Origin: Antedon mediterranea
Lineage: Eukaryota > Animalia > Echinodermata
Assembly: GCF_964355755.1 (NCBI RefSeq)
Contig: NC_092672.1
Span: 3,596,001-3,660,000 of the forward strand
Reading direction: 5' to 3'
DNA length: 64,000 nt
Part shown: piece by piece, positions 24,500 through 37,850 of the stretch
Layout of the letters: each line of letters opens with the position of its first letter
Numbering within the stretch: the first letter of the stretch is position 1
Program-made: the position numbers and the translations under genes
The notes under the pieces: generated by a model
Seen by the model: only the letters and a program-made list of their open reading frames with translations
Databases searched by the model: none
Told to the model about the DNA's origin: nothing

Positions 24500-26554
24500 T
24501 ATCATTGCTACAATAAAAACTAAACTGTCTAAAGTCTGAATGCTCAAGCATTCAAAGAAACATAACAATTGAATAAGATCAACTATCAACAACATTTTTG
24601 GTTTGAGAAAAGAACTGTGTAAAGCTGGTACAAAATTTTAGCATACATGTTAATTCTTGGCATGACATCTCATTAATTGCTTCCCGTAACCACTCTTTCT
24701 CTTTATGAACATTCTCCAGAGTATCCCACTCTCCTGTGTCTACCATCAACTCAGGTGTCATATCCACATGTTTCATTAGGAAAATAGAACACATTTCATT
24801 GCATCTTTCAATGAATGGCATAAGTTCTGTATACTGAAGGCCATCTCTTATGCTTCAGTATCACTTTCTTTTGCATCAGATGTAGGACTAAGAGGTAATA
24901 AATAGTCACTAATGTTACTGTTAGTTGTACTAACAATATCTCGGGAAGGCAACAAGTACACCCTCTTGTTTCAATATAAACGATGCAAAAGCTGTGCATT
25001 CCTTTCTTGATCATCAGTTAAACGTAGTTTAGTTAATCGTGAACCCATTCCAATCATAAACTCAAACCTAGAAGATATAATTTATAAAATGTAGATGACA
25101 AAATGTTATGTTATTTACTGAAGGGAGGTGAAAGCTGTACACAAGGCATTCTTTTTTTTCTGACTTAAAACGCTCAGCACCTAAATATCAAGCTACAGTT
25201 CATTTATTATTATAGTTATTTATTAAAAACATTCAGAATATGTACTGGTGTGTATATTGTAATGACCAATCAAAAATTATTCTGATCTTAACTGTACATC
25301 ATATCATTGCACACAGGTTAACAAACTTCTTATGTTGGTACTATCACATTATATTGAAAGCTCAAAGTTAAGATTTTGCAAGGCATTTTGTTTAATCTTT
25401 TGAAGATGAAAAGGAAGCTGGAATATTGTTTCTATGAATCAGTCATGCTTGTAACCAATCAGAATCCCACTTTGCTGAGCAAAAACTTATTCAAAATATT
25501 TTTTTGCAAATCAAACATTGCTTGTAAACTAAATTTAACATTTTAGTTTTCACTACAGTTACAGTACTTTATTTTAAATTTAAATAAATCAAAAGAACTT
25601 ACTTATTTGGATCACTTTCAATTTCCAATATATCTGAAAACATATTTTCCAATTTTTTGTAAACTTCTTTTGCTGTCATGCATTGTTCTAGTTCAACATG
25701 ATGATAAACATGACCTGTAGTGTTAAAAGTAAATTTCATGATACATAATCAGTAAATATGATTTCTCATGTAGACAAAAACAAAAATAGGCCATGTTGAA
25801 CCTTGAAAATGTTTATCAACTTTCAAAAGATTGAAAAAAAAAATCAATTTATTTTTTAGTCAAGACACTGTTCTATACTTTTTATATATTTATTCATGAA
25901 TTGAGGAATTTTGTTTAAAAAAGTTCATTACTTAAATGTTTAGACTATAAATACATTTTTTTAAGTGAATGTGCCAAAAAAGTTTCTGAAACAAAAATTG
26001 GTAAGAAACAATATTTTTAGTCGCGTGTACGCGACTCTATAGTTCACTATGTCGGTCGGTCGGTCTGTCTGTTGGTCCGGTATCACTATGCGTTTTAGCA
26101 CGCGACTTATGGCTGTTGGCCTTGTTTTTATTAGTATTGAATAAAAAAACTGAAATACATAGTAGATTAGGATAATAATCATAATAAATAACTAACCTTT
26201 TTCATCTAGTTTTCCATAGTAATTTGCCCTGGGTATTTGATCGCTTTGTGATGTATCCAATAAAATGACTTCTTTTAAGTAGAAGTAATTTTGGTTTTGC
26301 CTAGAATTAGAGCATGAACGAGACCTTGAATTATCTTGTGTTCTTCTTCTGGTGGTATTTCTTGATCTTGTTGATGGTGTGGTAAATAAACTATTCATTT
26401 CACTATTTAGATCTTGGTGTGGTCTTCTTGTAGTATTTCTATGTGCTTGAGGTTGAGCATTTGGAGTTACATTCTGAATGATTGTTAAAAAATTGTCATT
26501 TGATAGTAGGGATTTGGTTAAATTATCTATATCAGTTGTTGAAAGCGATGCCAT
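24500..26554 (-). pseudogene. Second gene of the giant element: spliced, decayed HECT-domain (G2E3-like) E3 ubiquitin ligase-like gene, convergent with the transposase
   Basis: Exons 26554-26197, 25714-25603 and 25067 onward join in frame through canonical sites (..DEKG|HVYHHVELE..DPNK|FEFMIGMG..). In-frame TGA near 24972, then HECT-like text IRDGLQYTELMPFIERC..KEKEWLREAINEMSCQELTCMLKFCTS. The exon structure is solid; the HECT call is by eye. Confidence 0.6.
26017..26128 (+). mobile_element. Short DINE-1/HINE-like (Helentron-associated) element in an intron
   Basis: 5' palindrome AGTCGCGT-GT-ACGCGACT, (GTCG/GTCT)n microsatellite, 3' repeat CACGCGACT, T-rich flanks. Confidence 0.6.
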
Positions 26555-26681
26555 GGTTTTATTTTTACAGTAGTTATCTGAAACAAAACAAATTATTATT
26601 AATAATTAAATTCATCAATACAGATACAGTACTGAATTAACTATCCTACTACACAGTACTAGTGGTGAAGCTCATATTTTG

Positions 26682-27094
26682 TTACCTCCGCCAAGGAGGT
26701 TATGTTTTCACCCCTGTATGTTTGGGTGCGTGGGTGCGCGTGTGTGGGTGTGTGTGTGTGTGTGTCTGTGAACAGCCTGAAGGCCACAGTTTTTATCCGA
26801 TTCCCACCAAATTTGGACACAATGATCTATGCCCCAAAAGCTCGGACGAAAAAAAAAATATATAAAAATAAAAAAAACTCTCAGCGGGATTTGAACCAGG
26901 GACCTTAACTGTGAGAGGCTGGATACATAACCATTACACCAAACTCTCATCCACAACTTTGTAGTGTGCAGTTAGCCTATTTACACTTTAGAACTAATAA
27001 AAAAAAAGTTAAAAAAAAAACATTTTCGGAGGGAATTTTATGTAGGGGAATTTTACAGTAGGCGGAGGTTTGTACTCTCGGAGTACCCTCTAGT
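26682..27094 (+). mobile_element. HINE-like element with (GT)n tract and an antisense tRNA-derived segment
   Basis: 5' TACCTCCGCCAAGGAGGT with 3' subterminal inverted GGCGGAGGT, 3' hairpin GTACTC-TCG-GAGTAC and CTAGTT end; minus strand 26886-26940 reads GGTGTAATGG...GGTTCAAATCCC (A/B boxes). Confidence 0.6.
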
Positions 27095-27379
27095 TTAGAT
27101 ATATTTTAAAAGATTATTCTACATTACAAGAAGAAGAATAGAATATCGCATTTTGTTATTTCAGTAGTAAAATATTGATTGTTTTACCCAGGTCTAGTAG
27201 GGCTAGCTTACAACTAGCTGGGCTACTACTACTAGGCTAGGCCATACCCTGCAGGTTTGGCTAGCCTAACACCAGCCCTACTGCTGTTATCAACTCCAAA
27301 TGTGTTATTACTAACTATATCATGAATAGCAAATCTTGGATTTAGGCTTTAAGTAGGCCTCATAAGTAGGCTCACGTCT

Positions 27380-30300
27380 AATGTAGTGCCGCTACACAGT
27401 GCTTAAGCGGAGCGCGTCGTTCTAAACACCTGGACGCGCTCCGCCGTGCGTATCTTGGAACGTCAAGTACGTTTGGGACACTTGAGAAGTCGACGACGGA
27501 AACTAAACCTATATTATTACTACTCACTCATTATTATCATACAAAGACTATTATATTATATTCCTTAACTACGATAAAAGACTACAACGTAAAATACTCA
27601 CCATTATAATAGTCTTTGTATGATAATAATGAGTGAGTAGTAATAATATAGGTTTAGTTTCCGTCGTCGACTTCTCAAGTGTCCCAAACGTACTTGACGT
27701 GATGATGGTCCGGTCCGTTGACGTAGTGGTCCAGCTGGCTTGGGAAATCGACGGCGTCTGGGCTCCGCCGAGGTAGGCCTACCATACCTCTGGCACAGCT
27801 CCACAAATGCCCCCTTATTATCCCTAGTGGCTCTCGCCACCAGGAAAAGGAGACACCGAGTGTGGAGCAGACCCAGCGGTGACACTAACGGCGATAGAGT
27901 GTTCGACTCGGGCATCTCGAGCCCCGCCGCCTCGCCCATCGACTCCATCATCTTCCTTAGAGATTTGGTGAAGAAGAATCCAGGCTGGATTCTCCCCTCG
28001 GCGTTGAAAAGTGCTACCGCCTTGGTGACACTCCCGCCGCACTCCGGAACGAGTTTCACTAACTCCTGGATGAAACTCCAGCGCCGAGATGAGGTGGTCG
28101 ACGATACCTCCGGCGATGTTTCCGTCATGAATGGCGGTATGTGGTGCGCCAGGTGTTGTTTTGGGTTTTCGGGCACCCGGCCACATCCTGCCACTGGACA
28201 CAGGAATGCCCGACGTGACCGCTTACCCGATTCCCTCTGACCGCCTTCAGGATGAGGTCGTTTGTTGTCTTTCGACCGTTTGTCGGCCTTTCCCTGAGAT
28301 TTAACTTTTGGTACCGCCCCAGCACTAGGTGGAACAGCACTGGTCGCCGTACCAACGAGACGGACGTCTCGGCACGCAAAGTCCGACTCCTTACTTCCCG
28401 GAGTTCGCCATACCTTCACGGACCGCGTTCCATAGGCGCAAACCTATTGGACTCGCCGCCAGCTCGTTCATCGAAACGCATACCATCGTCTGGATAATGA
28501 GAGTCGCGATTACGAATATCCCCGTTAGGAGTACCGTAGTTAGAATAGGAATCAAACCGCCTATCCGTGGTTACGTTTGACACAGAATTAACGTTAGGAG
28601 TAGCTCGAATTGACTGCTCCTCCTCCCCGTTAAAACTAACTGACGCATTCTTTGAAGTCACCTGATTATTAGGATTAACCTCAAGATCTGGCCCTTCAAA
28701 GACCTCGTCAGCACTGCCATTTATGATTTTCGCCGATGTCGGCGCATTACTCTTTTTAACAGAGTCAGTGCTTTTTTCGTTATGAACAAACACCGAATTT
28801 AGCACGTAGCTGATGCCATAGCTGTCTAGATCCGCAACTAATGTTGCGTCTCCGATCGCTTGCAACAACTCTTCCCAACAACGGATATTTCCTTCGGTCT
28901 CTCGATATTCGAAAACATTTTGTATAGCCCGAGAGGAAAATCCAATTGGGAAATCATTTTCGTGCTGGGCAAAGTTTATTTTGAACTTCGCCTCTTCTTG
29001 GTTTCTTTCAGTAGACATCTGCAAATGAACAAGGGTACTCGTTCAAAATACTGAGTCTCGAATTAATTAATTTTACTATCAGAATCATAATTAATTTCAG
29101 GCAACCAATGAGTAAAGTAGACAAATTATTTAGAAAGATAGTAACATACAATACAACTGTTTTTTTTTTTTTATATGATACGAAAATATAAATAATAATT
29201 GACACCACACAGAAAAATAATTTATTAAAGGAAAAGACATACAAGACATAATCATAATAAACGTCCACTTCATTGATACCTAAAACAACTACAAACCAAC
29301 AGTAAATAATCGCGTAATAATAGAATTCTGAGCATTCGCCAGCGTACCGGCGTGCGTATAACTAAAACTCACATCCACACATCCTAAAAATAGTATTCTA
29401 AAAATAGGATGTTTCCGTAAAGTAAATAGCCAATCAGAAACTATTAGTACATAGAATTCTTTCATTGCTCAACCAATCAGAGTACGCACGTAACCGCGTC
29501 ATCATCGCTTGCATTTTCATTCCCTGGATAATGCACAGCTCGCGCTGCACGACCCTCTCAGGTAGCGAGTATGCAAATGCAATGATCTGATTGGTTGCTG
29601 TAGCCTAGCCAATCGTATGATGCCCAAGAACTGCGCGGCAGTTTGTTCGAATGGAATAAGACCTGGATGAGATCTGAAACAATATCGAAAAACTATCGCC
29701 CAAGACTCGGAGGATCTAGGCCTAGGCCTACCCTAATACAATTGACCAGTATACCTTAAATACATTCTCAACCATCTTCCCTCTAATGAAAAAAAATTTA
29801 TTTTTTTTTTTTTTCAAAAAAGGCAAAGTTTTTATTTATTTTTGCGGTTCCTGATAAACTAATAAAATAAATAAATAAATTCTTCCAACACTGCCGACTT
29901 CCAGTGAAGGAACGACGTAAACAACTGGCCCACTAATATGATAACTAATACTTCCTAGCCTAACCTAATCGTATATTTTCCGAAATCGGACATGAAACAC
30001 GGGCCATGTCGTTTCGTTCTGGAATCACGAGTCCAGCGGGTTAACATACAAAACCCATTCACGTCACGAGCGTGAACATTCATGTCACGAGCATGAAATT
30101 CATGTCACGAGCATGAATAATAATATTCTTATACTACAGTTTCATCTAGTATAGGCCAATCGTTCATTCGTCGAATATTAAATATAAAAAATAAAAATAA
30201 TAAATCCTAATCTACTATTCATCCCCAACTCTCGGAGAGAACATGAACTTATAAGAAACATTCACGTTCTTATCCTCGAGACGGTGATGAATTGGCGAGG

Positions 30301-30655
30301 GCCGATACATTGAATGTAAATAAATAAACAACGCACGTCCAGATTCGCGTATTTTCGGCGTCATATTTCGCCAGAAAAATATCGCGTTTAATTTTAATCC
30401 TCGTCGCCAATAAAGAGATTGCTAGTCTCTTGGTTTAGTTCCTTAACTACGATAAAAGACTACAACGTAAAATACTCACCATTATAATAGTCTTTGTATG
30501 ATAATAATGAGTGAGTAGTAATAATATAGGTTTAGTTTCCGTCGTCGACTTCTCAAGTGTCCCAAACGTACTTGACGTTCCAAGATACGCACGGCGGAGC
30601 GCGTCCAGGTGTTTAGAACGACGCGCTCCGCTTAAGCACTGTGTAGCGGCACTAC
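27380..30655. mobile_element. Young 3.3-kb non-autonomous element with Penelope-like inverted + direct terminal repeats
   Basis: 14-15-bp TSD (A)GTAGGCTCACGTCT (27365-27379, 30656-30670); 174-bp inverted repeat 27382-27555 / 30483-30656; 140-bp direct repeat 27561-27700 / 30439-30578. No RT, endonuclease or recombinase visible. Confidence 0.75.
27604..30482 (-). CDS. Spliced unknown ORF(s) of the 3.3-kb element: ATG exon ending 30480, intron 30479-29019, ORF-A 29018-28416, overlapping ORF-B 28419-27604 with a C2H2-like zinc finger
   Basis: ATG|GTGAGT donor and TTTGCAG|ATGTCT acceptor are in frame (MMSTERNQ..). ORF-B contains CPVAGCG-x8-HLAHH after a basic low-complexity region. The two frames overlap by 4 nt, so they may be one frameshifted gene. 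Confidence 0.55.
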
Positions 30656-32499
30656 AGTAGGCTCACGTCTGACCCTTATAAAATGTATAAACAAATAAAT
30701 CCTTTTTTAAATTGATGACAGGTACAGTAAACACTGACACTTAAGCTGCGTGATGTAGGCCTAGGCATTTATTAGCTAGTTTATGCGGTTTGCCTAGTTA
30801 GGCCTAGGCGGCGCCTATATAATAGGCCTATGCCTCTTGGCCTACTAGTAGACTAGCTAGGCTAGCTAGTCCCTGTACTGTTGTAGCTGTACTAGGCTAG
30901 GCCTAGTAGTAGGCCCTATACTGGTTTACAGCTCTAAGGAATGGGCTACTTACATACTGTACTGTATACTGTACTCAACAATAGGATGACACTGACAGTT
31001 GACTATAGTATAGATAGCAGGTATAGTATGTAGTTGTTTTTTGATAACAGAGAACTATCACTTATGCCATCCTCGTATATAATTAATTTCGTACGGAAAA
31101 TACATTTAATTGATTTTATCATTAGATAGAGTATCATTCTTAGAATTAATTGTCAGTAATATATATAATTTTTTAAATGTTAGGGATATATTTTAAAATA
31201 ACTATAAATAGATATATAATTACAGAAACTCAAGATGTTCTTTTCTGCCTGAAACCTAGGCCGAGGAGGAGGCCTCCTCCTCCTCAGCTCTCTGCTCTCA
31301 CTTCGTTCGTTTCGCTACCTGATCCGTGCAGGCCTAGGCCTAGGCTAGACTGGATATTATGATTGCAAGCCAAAAAGGTAGATTTAGAAGCATATTTTAT
31401 TGATTACCCATCATCAGTGTCACCCTTAAACAGATAGTTAAGCTATATTTGTAGGTCATAGCTTATTTCAGACAATATTTTAGCCTCCAAAAAGGGCAGA
31501 TTAGGTCTAGTAGGGTAGTGGAGGGCAGGCCTATAGCCTATAGGCTAGCCTAGTCTAGGCCTAGCTAGCTAGCTAGGGCCTAGGCCTAGTTAGGCTAGCA
31601 TCTCTCTACTCTAGCTAATAGTTTAGGCCTAAAAACTAGGTAGGCCTAGTACTACTAGGCCTACTATGGCTAGCCTTGTCTAGCTAGGCCTAGGCCTACT
31701 AGAAATAGAAAGATCTAGCCTAGCTAGAGTAGTAGGCTAGGCTAGTAGGCCCACCTGGTTAGGCCCTACTAGGGAACTGGTAGGCTAGCTAGCTAGGCCT
31801 ACTTACTAGCTAATAAGTAGCTAGGCCTAGGCTGCCTAACTAGCTAGCTCTATGTATTCTAGTTAGGGCCTAGACTAGTTTATTAGGCCTTAGTTTAGGC
31901 TGATTAGGCCTGCCTAGTCCTAGTTAAATAAATAGGCATATAACCAGGCTCAGTCTAAACACTCTAGCTAGGCCTATCTATATGAGACCTGTGCTATTAA
32001 TTATAGAACTAGGCCTAGGGCCTTGCTACTGTAGCTAGCCAGCAGAATGGTCTAGAGAGGCATAGGCCTAGCTAGGGATAGGCTGGGGGGTCATAGACAG
32101 CCTATCTATATAAAATATTAGATAGGTAGGTAGGAGTATTAAGATTCATCAGTGTGTAAGTTGATTTCATTGCTAATGCCAAGGTATTAGGCCTGTTTAT
32201 TTTCAGGTTGAAAGCAATGGATAAACAGAGATTCAATTCTACAACAAAAGAGACAAAAGTCAAACTCAAACTGATAATTAACAATGTTTCCAGTTAAATT
32301 AATGTTAATTATTTTAATAGATTGTAGTGACCCTAACTACCTTACTGTTTGTGTATGGCTGTAATATTATATTAAATGTCATCACAATTAGTAAGGTTGT
32401 GAGGCTTCACAATTTCAAACAACTCTTCTTGTGTCTCTTCTTCATGTGGATGGATTAAAAAATACTGTGAGTATTGTACACTCTTTATATGAATATATC

Positions 32500-35040
32500 A
32501 TCAATCACAATATCAAATATGATCCGTGTAGTAACAATTTGATAACTTAGCATGCATCTTATAATATCTACATCATCAATAATTAATATTAATATAAATC
32601 TACATCACAATGTTGGATATGATCTTTGTAGTCAAAATTTGATAACTGAGCACACATCTTTTAATAACTACCTTATCAATAACTATTAATAATGTCCTAT
32701 ATCACAATGTAGGATATGATCAGTGTTAGTCATAATTTGATAACTGAGCACGCATCTTTTAATATCTACCTCATCAATAATTAATATTAATATCATAATA
32801 TATCACATTGTTCGATATGATCAGTGTAGTCAGAATTTGATAACTGAGCACGCATCTTTTAATATATACCTTATCAATGACTATTAATAATATCCTATAT
32901 CACAATGTTGGATATGATTAGTGTAGTCATAATTTGATAACTGAGCACACATCTTTCAATATCTATTTCCTTCATCAATAATTATTATTAATAATTTATA
33001 TCACATTGTTGGATATGATCATTGTAGTCATAATTTGATAACTGAGCACGCATCTTTTAATATCTACCTCATCAATAATTAATATTAATAATCTATATCA
33101 CATTGTTCGATATGATCAGTGTAGTCATAATTTAATAACAGCACGCATCTTTTAATATACCTTATCAATAACTATTAATAATATCCTATATCACAATGTT
33201 GGATATGATCAGTGTAGTCATAATTTTATAACTGAGCACCCATCTTTCAATATCTATTTCATCAATAATTATTATTAATAATCTATATCACATTGTTGGT
33301 TATGATCAGTGTAGTCATAATTTGATAACTGAGCAATAATCTTTTAATATCTACATCATCATTAATTAATATTAATAACCTATATCACATTGTTGGATAT
33401 GATCTGTTTAGTTTTTTAATATATACCTTATCAATAACTATTAATAATATATTATATCACGTTGGATATGATCAGTGTAGTCAGAATTTGATAACTGAGC
33501 ACGCATCTTTTAATATCTACCTCATCAATAATTATTATTAATATCTTATATCACATTGTTCGATAATGATCAGTGTAGTCAGAATTTGATAACTGAGCAC
33601 GCATCTTTTAATATCTACCTCATCAATAATTAATATTAATAATCTATATCACATTGTTCGACATGATCAGTGTAGTCATAATTTGATAACTGAGCACGCG
33701 TCTTTTAATATCTACCTTTCAATAATTATTATTAATAATCTATATCACATTGTTGGATATGATCAGTGTAGTCAGAATTTGATAACTGAGCATGCATCTT
33801 TTAATATCTACCTCATCAATAATTAATATTAATAATCTATATTGCATTGTTCAATATGATCAGTGTAGTCATAATATGATAACTGAGCATACATCTTTTA
33901 ATATCTACCTTATCAATGACTATTAATAATATCCTATATCACAATGTTGGATATGATCAGTGTAGTCATAATTTGATAACTGAGCACGCATCTTTCAATA
34001 TCTATTTCATCAATAATTATTATTAATAATTTATATCACAATGTTGGATATGATCATTGTAGTCATAATTTGATAACTGAGCATACATCTTTAGAATTAC
34101 TTTTATTTAAGTATATAAAAGAATAATCTATAATTTACAATGTTTTATATATTGTGAATTCATCAGATATTATCTATTGAACTGATATGGTTTTGTTTAT
34201 TACAGCATAGTACATACAGCACTTTATGTTATGTTATTTATTTATTATTCAACATTTTTTGTTTGGTTTTTGACGTTATCAAATTTTTATTTTCTTTTAA
34301 GTTCTGTTATTCATTTGTTAATTTCGTAGCTTAAGTTAGTTTAAGATAAAAGGTACCAAGCTTGATTAGCTTCGGCTATACCTTGGCTACCTTTTGTATT
34401 GAAATTGTTTTTGTTTGATACAATAAAAAAGAAGAATATCTACCTCATTAATAATTAATATTAATAATCTATATTACACTGTTGGATATGATCTGTTTGG
34501 TTTTTTAATATCTACCTTATCAATAACTATTAATAATATCCTATATCACAATGTTGGATATGATCAGTGTAGTCATAGTTTGATAACTGAGCATGCATCT
34601 TTTAATATCTACCTCATCAATAATTATTATTAATAATCTATATCACAATGTTGGATATGATTAGTGTAGTCATAATTTGATAACTGAGCATGCATCTTTC
34701 AATATCTATTTCATCAATAATTATTATTAATAATCTATATCACATAGTTGGATATGATCAGTGTAGTCATAAATTGATAACTGAGCAAAAATCTTTTAAT
34801 ATCTGCATCATCATTAATTAATATTAATAATCTATATCAAACTGTTGGATATGATCTGTTTAGTTTTTTAATATCTATCTTTTCCATAACTATTAATAAT
34901 ATTCTATATCACAATTTTGGATATGATCAGTGTAATCATAGTTTGAACTACCTCAACAATAATTAATATTAATTGTCTATATACCAATATCAAATATGAT
35001 CAGTGTAGGCCTAGTCATTTGATAACTGAGCATGCATCAT
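32500..35040 (+). repeat. 97-bp satellite, left array (~22 diverged units, interrupted at ~34090-34435)
   Basis: Unit GATCAGTGTAGTCATAATTTGATAACTGAGCACGCATCTTTTAATATCTACCTCATCAATAATT...; reverse complement of the 38530-42890 array. Confidence 0.93.
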
Positions 35041-35139
35041 TTTATATCTGCTTCAAATATTAATATTGTCTTAATATATAATAAGTGGTTTGAAGGATGA
35101 TTGCAGATGGCCTTTTTTGCATTGTAAAGTTCAATTTAT

Positions 35140-37850
35140 CCAAAAGGTCAAACTTTGACCTATTTCAATAAAATCATTTCATAAGTTGTCTTCTTTTATA
35201 GTTTTAGTGATAATCAATATTAAGTGGTTTTTTACCCCAAAAATGTCAAACCTAGAGCTATTTAATAATAAAATGATTTTATAAATTGTCTTCTTTTATA
35301 TTTCTAGTAATGGTATAATCAGTATTCAATTGTTTGAATGATGTTTGTGAGGTATTTTTTAATTAAGTTTACGCAGTTTAGATGGTAAAATCTGTCAATT
35401 ATCCAAAATTGACATTTTTCACTCCTAAAAAAATCTTAGAGCCATTTCAATAAAATTATTTCATAAATTGTCCTCTTTTTATGGTTCTAATAATGATATA
35501 ATCAAAGTGGTTTGGATGATGTTTGTGGGGTGTTTTTTAAAAGTTTGCACAGTTTACATGGTAAAATGTGTCAATTTATTCCTAGAGCTATTTCAATAAA
35601 ATTATTTCATAATCACCCCAAAAATGTCAAACCTAGAACTATTTTAATAAAATGATTTCATAAATTGTCTTCTTTTATAGTTCTAGTAGTGGTATAATCA
35701 GTATTCAATTGTTTGAATGATGTTTGTGGGGTATTTTTTAATTAAGTTTACGCAGTTTACATGGTAAAATCTGTCAATTATCCAAAATTGACATTTTTCA
35801 CTCCTAAAAAAATCTTAGAGCCATTTCAATAAAATTATTTCATAAATTGTCCTCTTTTATAGTTCTAATAATGATATAATCAATATTAAGTGGTTTGGAT
35901 GATGTTTGTGGGGTGTTTTTTAAAAGTTTGCACAGTTGACATGGTAAAATGTGTCAATTTATACCTAGAACTATTTTAATAAAATGATTTCATAAATTGT
36001 CCTCTTTTATAGTTCTAGTAGTGGTATAATCAATATTAAGTTGTTTGGATGATGTTTGTGGGGTGTTTTTTTTTAAGTTTGCACAGTTTACATGGTAAAA
36101 TCTGTCAATTTATCCAAAATTGACATTTTTCACCCTAAAAAGTCAAACTTCAGAGCTATTTCAATAAATTGATTTCAAAAATTCTCTTTTTTTACAGTTC
36201 TAGTAGTGATATAATCAATATTAAGTTGTTTGAATGATGTTTGTGGGGTGTTTTTGTTAAGTTAGCATTAAGTTTACGCAGTTTACATGGCAAAATCTGT
36301 AAATTTATCCAAAATTGACATTTTTTACCCTAAAAATTCAAACCAGAGCTATTTCAATAAAGTTATTTCATAAATTGTCCTCTTTTATAGTTCTAGTAGT
36401 GGTATAATCAATATTAAGTTGTTTGGATGATGTTTGTAGGTGTTTTTTAAAAGTTTGCATTAAGTTTACGCAGTTTACATGGTAAAATCTGTAAATTTAT
36501 CCAAAATTGACATTTTTTACCCTAAAAATTCAAACCTAGAGCTATTTCAATAAAATTATTTCATAAATTGTCCTCTTTTATAGTTCTAGTAGTGGTATAC
36601 TCAATATTAAGTGGTTTGGATGATGTTTGTGGGGTGTTTTTTTAAAGTTTGCACAGTTTACATGGCAAAATCTGTAAATTTATCCAAAATTGACATCTTT
36701 TACCCTAAAAATTCAAACCTAGAGCTATTTCAATAAAATTATTTCATAAATTGTCCTCTTTTATAGTTCTTGTAGTGGTATAATCAATATTAAGTGGTTT
36801 GGATGATGTTTGTGGGTGTTTTTTTTAAAGTTTGCATTAAGTTTACGCTGTTTAAATGGTAAAATCTGTAAATTTATCCAAAATTGACATTTTTCACCCT
36901 AAAAAGTCAAACTTAGAGCTATTTCAATAAATTGATTTCATAAATTGTCCTCTTTTATAGTTCTAGTAGTGGTATAATCAATATTAAGTTGTTTGGATGA
37001 TGTTTGTGGGGTGTTTTTGTTAAGTTAGCATTAAGTTTACGCAGTTTACATGGTAAAATCTGTAAATTTATCCAAAATTGACATTTTTCACCCTAAAAAG
37101 TCAAACTTAGAGCTATTTCAATAAATTGATTTCAAAAATTCTCTTCTTTTACAGTTCTAGTAGTGATATAATCAATATTAAGTTGTTTGAATGATGTTTG
37201 TGGGGTGTTTTTGTTAAGTTAGCATTAAGTTTACGCAGTTTACATGGCAAAATCTGTAAATTTATCCAAAATTGACATTTTTTACCCTAAAAATTCAAAC
37301 CAGAGCTATTTCAATAAAATTATTTCATAAATTGTCCTCTTTTATAGTTCTAGTAGTGGTATAATCAATATTAAGTTGTTTGGATGATGTTTGTGGGTTT
37401 TTTTTTAAAGTTTGCATTAAGTTTACGCAGTTTACATGGTAAAATCTGTAAATTTATCCAAAATTGACATTTTTTACCCTAAAAATTCAAACCTAGAGCT
37501 ATTTCAATAAAATTATTTCATAAATTGTCCTCTTTTATAGTTCTAGTAGTGGTATACTCAATATTAAGTGGTTTGGATGATGTTTGTGGGGTGTTTTTTT
37601 AAAGTTTGCACAGTTTACATGGCAAAATCTGTAAATTTATCCAAAATTGACATCTTTTACCCTAAAAATTCAAACCTAGAGCTATTTCAATGAAATTATT
37701 TCATAAATTGTCCTCTTTTATAGTTCTTGTAGTGGTATAATCAATATTAAGTTGTTTGGATGATGTTTGTGGGTGTTTTTTTAAAGTTAGCATTAAGTTT
37801 ACGCAGTTTAAATAGTAAAATCTGTAAATTTATCCAAAATTGACATTTTA
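35140..37850 (+). repeat. 183-194-bp satellite (~14 units) with a 5-unit, 957-bp higher-order repeat
   Basis: AGAGCTATTTCAAT at about 36152, 36345, 36538, 36721, 36915, 37109, 37302, 37495, 37678; the variant pattern starting at 36152 recurs at 37109. Confidence 0.92.

Noticed and set aside
27380-30655. DIRS/Ngaro tyrosine-recombinase retrotransposon, or a hammerhead-bearing pseudo-LTR
   Set aside because: A 14-15-bp TSD is not expected for tyrosine-recombinase elements and no recombinase or RT is present; no CUGANGA..GAAA core was seen on either strand of the terminal repeat. Not formally excluded without a search.
32200-32475. Possible plus-strand exons leading into the fold-back array
   Set aside because: Splice-like signals exist (TTTCAG at ~32206, GTGAGT at ~32468), but there is no coherent reading frame or other support.
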